Positions 22,038-33,936 of a DNA stretch of 64,000 bases are shown here, one piece after another. Source of the DNA: Flectonema sp. DT1601 (lineage: Eukaryota); assembly GCA_964019425.1 (NCBI GenBank), contig OZ025797.1, positions 558,001 through 622,000 on the forward strand, written 5' to 3'. A program made the position numbers and the translations under genes. How positions within the stretch are numbered: the first letter of the stretch is position 1; each line of letters begins with the position of its first letter. Below the pieces are notes generated by a model. That model searched no databases. It was not told the origin of the DNA and saw only the letters and a list, made by a program, of their open reading frames with translations.

Positions 22038-22116
22038 GGCTATATAGCTCAATTGATAGAACGCCGGTCTGCAAGAATGGCGGTCGAGGGTTCAAAACCC
22101 GCTGACGGTGGTTTTT
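22038..22116 (+). promoter_or_regulatory. Degenerate tRNA-like sequence (A box, B box, T5 terminator), divergent from the LINE 5' end
   Basis: TAGCTCAATTGATAGAAC D-arm, ccggt-CTGCAAG-aatgg anticodon-like arm, GGTTCAAAACC T-loop, then TTTTT. The acceptor stem does not pair. Confidence 0.5.
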
Positions 22117-22140
22117 GTTTGGTGCTCAGTTTCGGTGGCA

Positions 22141-22928
22141 AATTACCTAAATGGAATTTTGAGAAATCCATCAAAAAGTGACCATCGACTTACCGGCACA
22201 TATCCATCAATACAACAAACTGATGGGTGGTGTTGACCTTGTAGACGGTATCAGGGGGAAGGCAAGAAGAACTCTGATGACAAAACGCTGGACCCTGAAA
22301 GTCTTTCACTACTTGTTAGAGATTTCTATCTTCAATGTTTTCACCCTCCAAAAGAAGTCTGAAAAAGACGTCGTGACATATGCTCAGTTCAAAAAAAGGC
22401 CATGTTCTCAACTTATTGATCATGGAACACACCAAACTCACACAAAATGTCACTACCTACGAAAATTTGATATTTTTGGGGACTGCAGTTCACGGATTTG
22501 TTCTCAAAAAAAGTAAGGTCATCGACTTCTTGTTCAAAAAGCGAGGTTTTCTTATGCATGGATCCCTGCTTCGAACAATATCACGAAAATATTGACAAGT
22601 ATTCAGCCCCTGTTTGCAACAACCATACCTTTGCCCACAATCATATCCCACCGAAAAACATGAAACGGAAGCACTCTACTCCTACAACATTGCTAAAATC
22701 AACGCGAACCCAGGGGTCCTAAGCAACAGTGTTTTTTTAGGCTGTTGTTTCATTTTCTCAAGTTATTTTGGCCCCCTTGCGGGCTGACCTCAGTTTTTTT
22801 TCAATGCGCGGGGGGGTGTCTTTCACCCTGTAATTTTTTTGCATTTTTCCCCACACCCCTTTTCCCCTTTGTCAAATTTTTCGATTTTTCTCAAAAACAG
22901 GGTTTTCGGCCTCTTATTAAAGGGTTAA
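22141..22928 (+). mobile_element. 3' remnant of a piggyBac DNA transposon (frameshifted transposase C-terminus and right end)
   Basis: YNKLMGGVDLVD and KRW..KVFHYLL motifs; Cys-rich tail RIC...CSKS.VFLCMDPCFEQYH split over frames; terminus ...AGGG followed by TTAA at 22921-22928. Confidence 0.85.
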
Positions 22929-23361
22929 TTTAACAGGTTTCCAACCTGTGGTCGGTACCGGCCCCTGTCGGAATCGTAAAGTAATAAAGAAAAACCGAAA
23001 AGCAGGTTGCACTTCCATCAAATACCCATCAACCCAACTGTAAATGGAGTTATTTTTAGTTTTAGGACACTTCATACAAATGGGTTAATACCATAAAAGC
23101 TGTTTATACAAAAAGGGTAAATAGGGTACTCGGTTGTTCTTTCGTTATTCGGAAAAGTTCTTTTAATTAAAAACAGATGCTGGCCGATGAGCATTCACAT
23201 CTACTTCAACACGTAAATAGCAACCAGCCAGGGAAGAGGAATAACACCTGTTGGTAACAGGATGCGTGTCTTTCTTCGTTTTCTTTTCTTTTCATTTTTT
23301 TGTGTAAATGACAATGTCAAAATAAATTTTAAAAGGAAAATGATAATCTGGTGGATCCACT

Positions 23362-26300
23362 TCACAGCTGATTATTTGCTGCTTGAGAATTAGTAGCTTG
23401 AACCCTCGCAACAGTCGCCGCTGCCTCATATCTGGCAAGTGAGAGTTCAGCTTTACTGAGTCCCGTCGCCGGATCATAAAAACAAGAATAGTCAGTTGTC
23501 GATGTGTTTACCGGAATTGAGACACGACGGAAATCAGTTGGTGTTATTATTTGAAGCAGAACCTGTTCTCGGTAACAAGATTCACAAAGATCGTAATTAT
23601 CATCAACAAGGGAGTTATAACGAGCATTGCGAAGGTACTGACTCTGACAACCATCACAGAAATAGCCTCGTGTTGAACACATCATCGAAGTATTGAATGT
23701 GTTTGACTGCACATCGATAGTTGACACACTCTTAATATTATGATTAGCATTATCCGTAATACGAGCTACCTCATCTAATACTCTTTGAGATAACGATGTT
23801 GGTGCTGGGATCTGATAGGCTGACTTCCTTTCTGTGGATTTTGTAATCTTCGGTACTGCCCCCCCTCCATTTACTCCTTCCATTCTAACAACTGGATGGA
23901 CTTTTTCGTTGCCTTGCAAAGAACTAACCTCCGTTACCAAATTAGTATTTCTCTCATGGGTTCCAACTAACGTTGTCTCGCAAGAATCGGTTTTCTCTGT
24001 TGTTTTGACAGTTGTCATGTCTTTTCTCTCATTTATTCCTCCAATCTTAACAACCTGACGAACTTCTTTGAATTGCTGCTGTGAAGTGATTGCCTCCGAT
24101 GTGTTGTGTCCATCTTGATTGATATCATTCTCTTTGATGTCTCCCGTTGTATTAATAATCTGACAACAGTCTGCTGTCTGAGGGCGAGGAGAAGACTCAT
24201 TCGCTTCATTCAGATTTGAGTTATTTTCGACTTGTGCAACTTCGGATTCAACCGCATGGGAATCTTCATTCGGACGGCCTTTTTCAGAAGGTTCCTTACT
24301 TTGAAGTTGGTCCGCAAACTCTTCACCAGAGCAAGAGGAATTATCATCGATTTGGATATTTCGATTAGTTTGTATTATCGATTCCGCCGACCGCTCCTTC
24401 TGCTGCTCCTGTTTAATTTCACGAGAAAGGGTTGCCTGCAAGGTATCGTACTGAACTTGATCTTGTTCTGTTTGTTCCGTTAGTTGTTTGAGTTCTTGCT
24501 TAACACTTTCGATTTGATTTAATATTTCTGATGCGGACATCTTCGGAGAAGGAGGAGGTTTACTTTCATCAGATGATGCCTTCGGTTGGATTGGGGAAGT
24601 AGTTTTCGTCATTTGAACATCCGAACCTTCAACAGGAAGGTGCTCCATTTCAGAGATGATAGACACTTCCGGATGCCAATCAACAACTGTGTCAGATATT
24701 GTTTGACACGGTTCACATTGAGATATTGACTCCCAGTACATCCTCTGAAGAACTTTATCGTACGACAATCTTGTTGCTACTGTCGGGTCGAACATTAATT
24801 TCTCAGTTCCAAATCCCTCCGCAAACAATGACACAGCCAATTCACCTATCGTGTCGTTCCCAAGTCTTCTGAGAGGATAATACTTTTCAGGTGTTTCTGC
24901 CCGACGAGGGAGTCGACGGATGTCTATGTCAAACCAACCAAGAGGTGCGCTCTTCCCTTCCTCGAATAATTCGATTCTTAAGTAAGGCATACTAGTAGGG
25001 TTAATCGAATCCCTTCCGTAAGGATCAAATCCAAACTTCAGTTGTGAATAGAATTGCGGTGCCGTGGGATGCTTTTTCTTTTCACTTGTGAAACTATGTC
25101 CGGATATGGTTGCCTTGACCCAAGTAATCCTGCTGCTGAGTCGTTTTACTTCACCACACGCGGATTTTAAATTCTTACAACTCAGAATGTTAACTGTGAG
25201 ACGAGGTTTGGTAGCTCCAGAGTCGGAGTACTTCCGATCACGAGCTCGACATGCTTCGCGGGAAGCTCTTTCTAGTTCGATGTCGATCAGTACCTTTCTT
25301 GAGGTATTAAGCTGCCTTGCGATACCAACAGGCAACCACAACGGAGGATCAATCAGTTTCCCTGAGCGGTCTTCTCTTCGTAGAAGACCTCCTACAGTTC
25401 GGGATGCCAATTCTTTCTTTATTGCATCGGAGATTTTTGTTGCAAGAATGGGATTGTCAAATTGTTCCGTCACATCTTTTTGAATTTGTGACTTAAGGCG
25501 ATAGACACCAGCGTCTGGATCTGTTTGCTTGTGAAAGATGTCAATTGACCAGGTGCCTCTAATTAGAACAGAATGAATAATGTATTGTTCGTGTGAGTGG
25601 ATAGTGGTGTCGGCTGTGGTAGTACTTTCGGTAGTTGAGGATGGGAATATCGAGGTGTCGAGTACTTCAAATAAATCTTTTCCAAGACTCGCAGCCGTGT
25701 TACCCGAGTCAAGAACTGATAAGAATGTCAACATTGAAACCGAAATATTCTTCTTAAGATGTGCAGATGCTTCCTTCATGGTCGAGTTGTAACCCAACCA
25801 CGCAGGCAACCACCTCGTTGACAGGGTCAGGTTACATATAAGTAAACCAATCAAATCCCCAACTTGGTAATATTTTGCGATATACGGAAACTGTTTATAA
25901 ATTGGATACAACGTGAATAAGTAAATTATTCCTAATGTAGATACATATGGAGCAGCTGGTACAACAACAGCACCTAAAACAGTTCCGATGTACGGAATCG
26001 CCAACACAAGAGCTACAGCAGTGCAGGCGATTGTGATGGTAGCGGACTCCCTTGGCCTTTTCCACATTAATATATCATGAAGGGAATCTAGTGTAGCTAC
26101 AATGTTTCCCGTGATAATTTGAATATCTGATCCCAGGCGTTGTAATTTAACTAAAATGAATTCACTTTCATCGACAGACTGCGCGTTGTCAGTTTTAACA
26201 TCGTTACCAATATCGTCAGGTTGGATTAATTCGTATCTCGGAGGTCCTGCTGGTCCCCATCTCCACCACAGGTACCAATTACGAAGCATCCCAAGTGTTA

Positions 26301-27045
26301 ATGAGAAAGGGATAAATGATAAAAGTAAACCTTTCTTAAGCAAGAATAACACCAACAAGAAAACAATGCAAGACTCGGCCGGGTTTTCCCAAGCTAAAAG
26401 GGAACCTATGTAGTCGAGGGGCCTGAGGAAATCACTAATTCGTCCTTTAATTCTTTTAATATTACCCTGGAGAATGTCGAAGCTGAATTCTTCGGTTGGT
26501 TTTAATTTTGATCCTCCCTCAAGCGACAATTCTTCAAGACGGGCCGTGAGCATTCCACCAAAGTAGCTGTAGCTATAAACCCAACGGATATACAACTTCC
26601 CAGCTGGTGTGTTAGTTTGTTTATCAAACAAGTGAATTGTTGCTTCAGATTGATTTCCTGCGGGTTCCGAATGAGATACTCCCAGCTGACGAAGTTTAGT
26701 CAGTTTTGTTTTCATGTCGTCTCCGGTTTTATCATCAGCGAAGATCAGACTTGTTAACTTTGATGGAGTTCCAATCCAAATATATCCTTCACACATGTAA
26801 TCATGTTCACCAAGAACGTCGTGGTCGTATAAAACAAAATCTAATTTATCGCACTCATTACTCGTCTTCAATTGAAAGGTTTGATTCCAAACGGGATTCA
26901 AAGTATTTGATCTCACAGCTGATTGTTTCTCTTGTGTGTTACTCCCACCACCAAATGTCACAATCACATAGGGATCTGATGCACACCAATCTTTCTTTGG
27001 CAGGTCCTCACCCCGTAAGATTTCTAGCTGAACGAATCCACTCAT
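23362..27045 (-). CDS. C2-domain transmembrane protein (MCTP-like) with a second C2 domain and a C-terminal ZZ zinc finger
   Basis: SDPYV...TLNPVWNQTF...YDHDVLGEHDYM (C2); hydrophobic segments after LAWENP and LMWKRP; CDGC..RY...NYDLCESCY (ZZ). Likely ATG at 27045. Confidence 0.75.
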   Translation of the reverse strand: MSGFVQLEILRGEDLPKKDWCASDPYVIVTFGGGSNTQEKQSAVRSNTLNPVWNQTFQLKTSNECDKLDFVLYDHDVLGEHDYMCEGYIWIGTPSKLTSLIFADDKTGDDMKTKLTKLRQLGVSHSEPAGNQSEATIHLFDKQTNTPAGKLYIRWVYSYSYFGGMLTARLEELSLEGGSKLKPTEEFSFDILQGNIKRIKGRISDFLRPLDYIGSLLAWENPAESCIVFLLVLFLLKKGLLLSFIPFSLTLGMLRNWYLWWRWGPAGPPRYELIQPDDIGNDVKTDNAQSVDESEFILVKLQRLGSDIQIITGNIVATLDSLHDILMWKRPRESATITIACTAVALVLAIPYIGTVLGAVVVPAAPYVSTLGIIYLFTLYPIYKQFPYIAKYYQVGDLIGLLICNLTLSTRWLPAWLGYNSTMKEASAHLKKNISVSMLTFLSVLDSGNTAASLGKDLFEVLDTSIFPSSTTESTTTADTTIHSHEQYIIHSVLIRGTWSIDIFHKQTDPDAGVYRLKSQIQKDVTEQFDNPILATKISDAIKKELASRTVGGLLRREDRSGKLIDPPLWLPVGIARQLNTSRKVLIDIELERASREACRARDRKYSDSGATKPRLTVNILSCKNLKSACGEVKRLSSRITWVKATISGHSFTSEKKKHPTAPQFYSQLKFGFDPYGRDSINPTSMPYLRIELFEEGKSAPLGWFDIDIRRLPRRAETPEKYYPLRRLGNDTIGELAVSLFAEGFGTEKLMFDPTVATRLSYDKVLQRMYWESISQCEPCQTISDTVVDWHPEVSIISEMEHLPVEGSDVQMTKTTSPIQPKASSDESKPPPSPKMSASEILNQIESVKQELKQLTEQTEQDQVQYDTLQATLSREIKQEQQKERSAESIIQTNRNIQIDDNSSCSGEEFADQLQSKEPSEKGRPNEDSHAVESEVAQVENNSNLNEANESSPRPQTADCCQIINTTGDIKENDINQDGHNTSEAITSQQQFKEVRQVVKIGGINERKDMTTVKTTEKTDSCETTLVGTHERNTNLVTEVSSLQGNEKVHPVVRMEGVNGGGAVPKITKSTERKSAYQIPAPTSLSQRVLDEVARITDNANHNIKSVSTIDVQSNTFNTSMMCSTRGYFCDGCQSQYLRNARYNSLVDDNYDLCESCYREQVLLQIITPTDFRRVSIPVNTSTTDYSCFYDPATGLSKAELSLARYEAAATVARVQATNSQAANNQL

Positions 27046-27902
27046 TTTGGTATTTCCCTTACTAGCTGAGAAATGAGTGAAATAAAAAACACAAACTGTG
27101 AACAGAAATACTTTGGTGGTCCTCTTTCCACTAAACACATTCGTTGATTGTGAGAACTGCCTGATCTGCATCCTGCTTAATTTAATATAAAAAAAAAAAA
27201 AGAATACTCACGACAAGAGAAATAGCAGCCTGATAACACAACTAACGTAATTGATGATAAAAGTGAGACAGATGAGGCAAGTTTATGTGGTACCTTATGT
27301 TTTTTTTTTTTTTTTCTCTTCTTCCAAAAAGTTCCACTCTGGCCGAAAACAAATAAAAAGCAGAGTCCTGCAAACTAAGTGACGGCTCAGTAGTACAATT
27401 CTTGATACAGTATTTGATAACATACTGGCGAATTGCACAAATGACACAAAAGAAATAACGGGAGGAGGACCTACAACGGAAATGCAAGGAAAAGCGTGGG
27501 GGGAAAAGGGGAAAGAAAATTATTATGTGCAGAGCTGAATATACGAAAGTTGTCAGGGGCAACTGACAAAGTCGCATTAGACTAACAAAATGACTCACAA
27601 CAGGACTTTGTGATGTAATAAATTAATTTATTCGGCAAGGTATCTTCCTCTGAGGACTGAAATAAATAAAACTCATCGATGTCGCATTGTGTTGATTTAG
27701 TCATCAGCTTACTATGAAGGGAGGCTGAACAACTACAAGCGTCGTGCTCTCTTGCCATCGGAGGCTGTCGTTGTAGTCCTCTTCAGGTATTCGAAGTGTT
27801 GAATAAATAATGTCTAACTTTGTGTAAAGAAACGTCAGATAGCTGACCTCCTCCCCCACCTACTTAATAAATAACCAGCAACCAGTAAGCTTTGAAATCT
27901 TT

Positions 27903-28956
27903 TTAAGGCTGGTCATCGTGACGAGTAACAAGGAAGTACTTGGTAGGTCTTGGAGGCTTTCTGCGAACCAAAGCGGTGGTCGCAGGGATGATGTTACGAG
28001 CCTGAAATGATTCGAAACGACATTTGAGTGGTTCCTGAACGCTGCTCAATATATCACCCTGCTGTCTGAGTGATGGGCGAATGTCTTCAGTTGACTGAAT
28101 GTCCATCACACCTGGCCTGTAACGTTTTCTACCAATTCTCGTAGTCAGCTTTCGTTGACGTGAAGCCTTGCGCTCTGCTTGTTTCACAGCTGAAGCCTCT
28201 CTGGCACCATTGATCTCACCCATTAGTTCATCAATACGATCAGCGTCTCTAACAATAGCCCTGCGCTGTGCCACTCGTTTCTGTTTTATTTATTTCGAAG
28301 AATTATAAAATGAGAACCCACAAAACCATTTCTACACATACCTTAAGCTTATCAGCGAGTAGCTGTCTAGCCTGTTTGTTCTTTTGCTGGCGAGTCTTGC
28401 GTTGCTGTGGCTTTGTTGGTGGTGCAGGTTCCTGTTTTTATTTGTTTTAAGAAAGTGTAAGCAGTCAATGAATTCATTATTTGTATTAAAAACAAGTCGT
28501 CGTATTTAAGTTTAGAAACAAAGAGAATATAACACAAATACGCACCCCAACTAACTCTGCAGACCAAGAGGTTCCAGTGATGTCATCTCCAACAATTGTT
28601 TTCTTAACGATCGGGTCAACCTTTACTTTAGCAGCAATAGCCTTTAGCTGAGCTTCCTTCCTTTCAAGGAGAGAGACGGTGTGCTGTACTGCCCTTTGAT
28701 GCTGTTCAGGGACTGGGTTGTATGACTGCGCTCCTGACGGAACATTTGCAGCCTTTAATGCCTTGGATGTTCTTTCAATCATTTGCTGTTTGACCTTACC
28801 GTGAGTTTTATTTCTTGGACGTCCTACAGCCTCAACGAGCCCTTCTTCCCATAAGTCTCCAAGTCCTACAGCAGCTACTCGAGTTATCTGAGCCTGGGCT
28901 CTCTTTTTCTGGGCACTCGTGTCTACGAGTGACTTATTGATTTTTCGCTTAACCAT
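27903..28956 (-). CDS. NOP53: Ribosome biogenesis protein Nop53/GLTSCR2-like, at least 3 exons (junctions approximate)
   Basis: GAQSYNP..EQHQ motif, middle exon RKTRQQKNKQAR, and C-terminal SLR...RFESFQARNII. Confidence 0.7.
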
Positions 28957-29100
28957 TTGTTACTTGATGTGGCTGGAGGGGGTTTTTGAAAAATAAGAAC
29001 AAAAAATCCTATTGATTTTCACAGTTGTCACGAAAACAGAAGAAAGAGACGACAGCAATCTTCTTACAACTTCTTCATCGCCAACGGGGGTCGAGAGTCC

Positions 29101-29781
29101 TCACAAAGTAGATATCCAGTCGAGGATCACTTTATTGAATTCATCAGGAGATTCAAGAGGCAGCATGTGACCAGTATCAGGGAAGATACGAAGAGAACTG
29201 TTTGGAACATTCTGATGAATCGATCTAGAGATTAGTGACGGGATAACAGCATCTCTATTACCGCAACACAGAAGTAGGGAGGGGTGCGAGGAACGGAAAA
29301 CATCCGTCGAATCGCGACGTTGCATTGCCGCATGCTGTTGGTTCACAAATCCCGACACTCCTACTTCGAGTGCCATCTGTTGCAAGTTTGGGAACAGGTG
29401 TTGATTATGTGCAGCTAATAAAATATTTTTTTGAAGACTCAAAACAGCAGCAACTCCCTTTGATTCTGCCAACCGAACCAGCTGTTGCCTTTTGTTACGC
29501 GTCTGCTCAGAATCATTGCGAAGTTGAGAACCAACCAGCGCTAATCCTTTTATTGAACTATTCTCTCTCACTGCTTCTGCACCAACGTAACCACCAAGAC
29601 TGTGACCTACCACTACATCAGGTCTCCATGCTGCTAGTTCTTTACCCGCAACAATTAAACAATTATTATTATCATATCTCCACAATCCAACATCATGCCC
29701 CAGATCTTTGAGTGCTTCAGGTAGAGCTCTTCCCCACAACTTCTCCGTGCAGAGGGTGCCGGGTACCAGAGCTATTCTCAT
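29101..29781 (-). CDS. Alpha/beta-fold hydrolase
   Basis: GHSLGG nucleophile elbow; CGNRDAVIP (catalytic Asp); GHMLPLESP (catalytic His). Confidence 0.9.
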   Translation of the reverse strand: MRIALVPGTLCTEKLWGRALPEALKDLGHDVGLWRYDNNNCLIVAGKELAAWRPDVVVGHSLGGYVGAEAVRENSSIKGLALVGSQLRNDSEQTRNKRQQLVRLAESKGVAAVLSLQKNILLAAHNQHLFPNLQQMALEVGVSGFVNQQHAAMQRRDSTDVFRSSHPSLLLCCGNRDAVIPSLISRSIHQNVPNSSLRIFPDTGHMLPLESPDEFNKVILDWISTL

Positions 29782-31341
29782 TACTGGTGTCTGTTCAAAA
29801 AATCAAACAGCTAACAGCTGCATCAGAGGAACCCAACTGTCGGTGCGATAGTGGCAGTAATTTTTTAGTAAATTGACCTCAACAATATAAAAAAAAACAG
29901 AACTTCTTCCACAACAACTCAGGTAGTTAATGAAAAGGTTTTGAACAGAAAAACAGATCTTCGAAAACTCTCAAAATATTTTGTCAAATCACAAGTGGGA
30001 ACACCTGTTGAGAATAAAAGAGTTCAGTACCCAACAGTAGGCTGTACTGAAAGATGTAATTAGTTACCACAAGGTGCTTTGACTCCAACTGAGTAGTGAA
30101 GACTTCACATCGTAAGTTATGTTTCTGCTGGGAGAAGTTATATCTAATTATGAAATACTCTACTAGAGGCACTCAATGCATAAAGACGCAACAAAGTACA
30201 AGAAACGCACCTTACCAAAAGAATAAATTGTAAGATGCAGTTAGTATTAATAATTATCAGTCAGATACAGTCAGTTAGTTTATTAAGAGCAACAACACTC
30301 TTTGAGGGTAAACAGAAAATACAATCCTGTCGTGTCTTCGGCAAATGGAGGATTGCTGAATCAGCTTCAGCTGAAGGGAATTTAATTAAAGAACGCAAGT
30401 TTTCACAGTTTTTAAAAGCATCGCAGCTCTCTAAAAAAACAGTAAGGGTTTTCTCGTGTCAAGGACAACGAAAAGATAGAAAAGAAAGAACCGCCCGGAC
30501 GATCGCTACGCTTCCACAATTCTCATTCGTTCGTAAAACATTAAAAAAAAAGGAAATTAACTCCGCACTAACTTGTCGGGGAAAACGGTCGAATTCCGAA
30601 TTATTTCAGCGATCAATTATCATCATGTTCTCTGAACTGAGTGGGTAGCAAAGAGTCAAAGACGTTTGTTGCGAACGAAACTAAAAGAAACAACTGTCCT
30701 AAAAAAAAGTAAATATCTGTCTTCCGATCAGTAACGGTAGGTCGCAGATTGTTGACAATAAAAACTGCAACAGAAGAACAATAAATAGTATCTCGTGTAC
30801 ACTACTAATCACAAAACTAGTGCTCCCAACACACAATGGGGCACACGTTGAGATGAGTCGCGTTGTGAAGAAAAGGAATAGAATAAGAAAGAAACACTAC
30901 TATGAACGAAGTGCTGCTGAGGTAGGAAGAAAATACTTTTCAGAAACAAGAGTGGAAATGGAAGATTATAAAATAAAAGAGAACAAAAGTGAAATTGAGA
31001 ATAAAACAGACAATCAGGCGGCAGTGCAGTACAATCAGCCTGACGAGTCGTGTAAATTAGAAATGCATCCGACGATAACCATCAGACCTGCTTTGAGTTA
31101 TTGAGTTCAATAGACTTGCGGCACTGCAGTCAAACAATTTGTGTAAATAATTGAAATAGTTCAAAGTTCTCCCTTTCGTAAAGTTATCAAATGAAATCAA
31201 ACTAGTGATCTCAAGTTGATAGTTTGGAGACCTTCTTTGATGTGAAGAACTTTGAGATCACTCCATCTGATCGCAGTAGAGATACCTGTCAACTAGTTCA
31301 GTATTCCCGAACTGAGTGACTCGGAACGAAGCTAACGAGAG

Positions 31342-32268
31342 CTACTTCAGTAAGTTGACATAGAAGTCGGTGACGGTAATCTCGAGATTCTTTACAACCA
31401 TCAGCAGATAAATTATCAGCGGAACGGTGATGGCATTCCAGGCTATGAGAACATTTCGGTGTTGCAGAACCTTGTTGAGTTCAATATTATTAATGTCAGC
31501 AACTACCTGACTGGGATCAGGTCCCAGCCAGTAGTACAATTGTTGTGATGTCAGATTACGAGCGAGGAACCTTTCACCGAAAGTATTATGAAACGCGTAC
31601 TCGAGTCGCATTATTTGATTACTGCGAACGTTCCAACTACACGCCTGAAGTAAAGTATTCGCAAAGAAACTATTCCGCGCCACATACGAATAATTACCAG
31701 TAGCTAACCCCCTGGCGAAGATTGACGAGTAACCATCACCAACTAACTTACATACGACGTGTATGTAGGAAGGGTTGTCTTCACAAGTAGCAATCGGGGC
31801 AATCAGTAGATTTGTCCCCTCGTCAGGTACATTCACAACTGAAAGGTATTCCATCATCGGAGAACAAGAATAGTTTGTCACCAACAGAATCCTATCCGAC
31901 TCTTGAGATACGTAACAAGGACCTGTAGCCGTCCCAACAGGTGTTGAATATAATAATGAAAGGGTGCGATATCGACTCCAAGACACGTTGGGTTCTGTTA
32001 ATAATATCACCTGCTCGTGAACAAAAAGAATTACCAACAAACACATTGCTGTTTTACCAACGAGTGGTCTAAAGCGAATATCTTGCACAAACGTTATGCC
32101 AACATACATCACTACTGTGCATCCAGGAAAAGCCCAGGCCAGTTCATGACCAGAACAAGCCCCCTTCCCGCAGACCTCCAACATCCATAAGAACAAAATT
32201 AGAATCGCTATTCCTGACCCCCACATGAACAGCAATGCAGCTGCGGCAACTTGTTTCTGGGTGCCCAT
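31342..32268 (-). CDS. Hypothetical multi-pass membrane protein
   Basis: ~310 aa ORF with three N-terminal and one C-terminal hydrophobic segments, co-oriented with its neighbours. Confidence 0.5.
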   Translation of the reverse strand: MGTQKQVAAAALLFMWGSGIAILILFLWMLEVCGKGACSGHELAWAFPGCTVVMYVGITFVQDIRFRPLVGKTAMCLLVILFVHEQVILLTEPNVSWSRYRTLSLLYSTPVGTATGPCYVSQESDRILLVTNYSCSPMMEYLSVVNVPDEGTNLLIAPIATCEDNPSYIHVVCKLVGDGYSSIFARGLATGNYSYVARNSFFANTLLQACSWNVRSNQIMRLEYAFHNTFGERFLARNLTSQQLYYWLGPDPSQVVADINNIELNKVLQHRNVLIAWNAITVPLIIYLLMVVKNLEITVTDFYVNLLK

Positions 32269-33936
32269 GCGCAACTACGGGCTGAGGGGTTATAATTAAG
32301 GATAAGAAACATTAAGGATAATAAACAACCAGAAACACCACTTTATGTCTCTACTCTGATCCGAACACTCGCCATGTAGATGAGCTGCAAGTTGATAAAA
32401 AGTATTCTTAGTCAGCACCACCATCACTCATGTGATAGACATCAAGTGAACTAATAAATAACACCAACAGGTGGAGATTCTGCGGACGGCACCCGCCACC
32501 TGTTTGGCGACAGTAACAGAGAAAGAAATAACCAATATAAATAAATCCTATCCTCGCTAAGGAGTCCCTCGAGACCTTCCCTTCTTATGAAGTCAACTCA
32601 CAACAAGAACACATTGAGTGACCCAAAGCTCTGTTGAGTTTGTCTAGTCCGATTGGTATTACCGACCGTAACGTTATTTACTTAACCCCGACAACAGTAA
32701 CCTACAAGATGATGTGACTACACAACTCAGAGGTATAGTTTCTGGTTCTTACTTGAGCAGCAGATTGACGGCTGCATGACGGGGAAGAAGAATTAAGAAT
32801 CAAATGAGGCACTGCAGGGGAACAATAAATTTACATGTCACCAGGAAGAGAAACAAAAAGAGTAAACTACGGTTCTCTATCACAGTTGGTGAAGACGGGT
32901 AGAAACTTTCGAACAAATCAGAAAGGAGTTGAAAAAGGGGAAAAGTAATCGCAAAATCAGTTGCTGTCTGCAACTATGCCGCAAATCTACCGAGTGCTTC
33001 ACAAGAACACATTCATGAGATGAGAGTGTTCGGCATAAGAATTAGAATGCACCTTTTAGTAGAATCTCCCTGACAAAAATCGCACTAACCAGCCCAACGG
33101 GAATCCCAGAAGGGAACTCGTGAGCTTTGACAGATTACAAAAGAAATCTCACACACCTTCAGGCTGCTGCTATCGATAAATAATAATTTAGAAACAACGA
33201 GGATGATATTATTCTGCCTGACGAACTCCTCAACAATTTAATGAACAGGTCTCGCATTCCGAGACCTCAACAACATAAATGAGAATATTATTGTCCTTCA
33301 AGTATAAGTAAGATTGAGATGCAATCATTACTACCTCCTCTCGCGGAAGTAGTAACGAGAGAAAGAAGGAAATAAAAAGGGGGAAATATCAACTCGCATA
33401 GCATATGGGAACACTACAAAATGTTTGTGCACCAATAGTAAACCACGTAAAGGTAGAATAGCTGAGGAGAGGTTGCAGGTTTGGCATGCCGTCATTATTT
33501 TGTATAATATTTTCTAAAAGTGCAAAAAAAAAAGAACAAAAAGAACAAAAAAAAAAAAGACTAAAAAAAAAACAATAACAACTCACCCAAGTAATAGACA
33601 TTGATAATAAAGAAATATTAATACTTACATAAGTCTTTGAGGGTCACAAAATACGAAACAAATACAACTATCCGATTGTGGAACCAGTGAGTTACTCGCA
33701 CAAATAAATTGACTGGCACACTAAATAAGAATAACAAAACAGACACTGATAGGGACATAAAATAAAACATAACAATGTGGCTACTAGTTATCTGGCCTGG
33801 CCTGGTCCAGCAGGCGAGCCAATTACCTTCTCGCTATCGGATGAATTTTCTTATTCTTCTTTTTGGAAAGATACTGATTAATAAGAGTCTGATTAATAAG
33901 AGTGTTATCTTTTTTTAATTATTTTTTTCCATCTCA

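Noticed and set aside
22038..22111. Functional tRNA-Cys gene
   Set aside because: The acceptor stem cannot pair and the D-loop GG is missing.
1..22140. Left end of the piggyBac element
   Set aside because: No TTAA-CCCT terminus matching the right end was found in the window.
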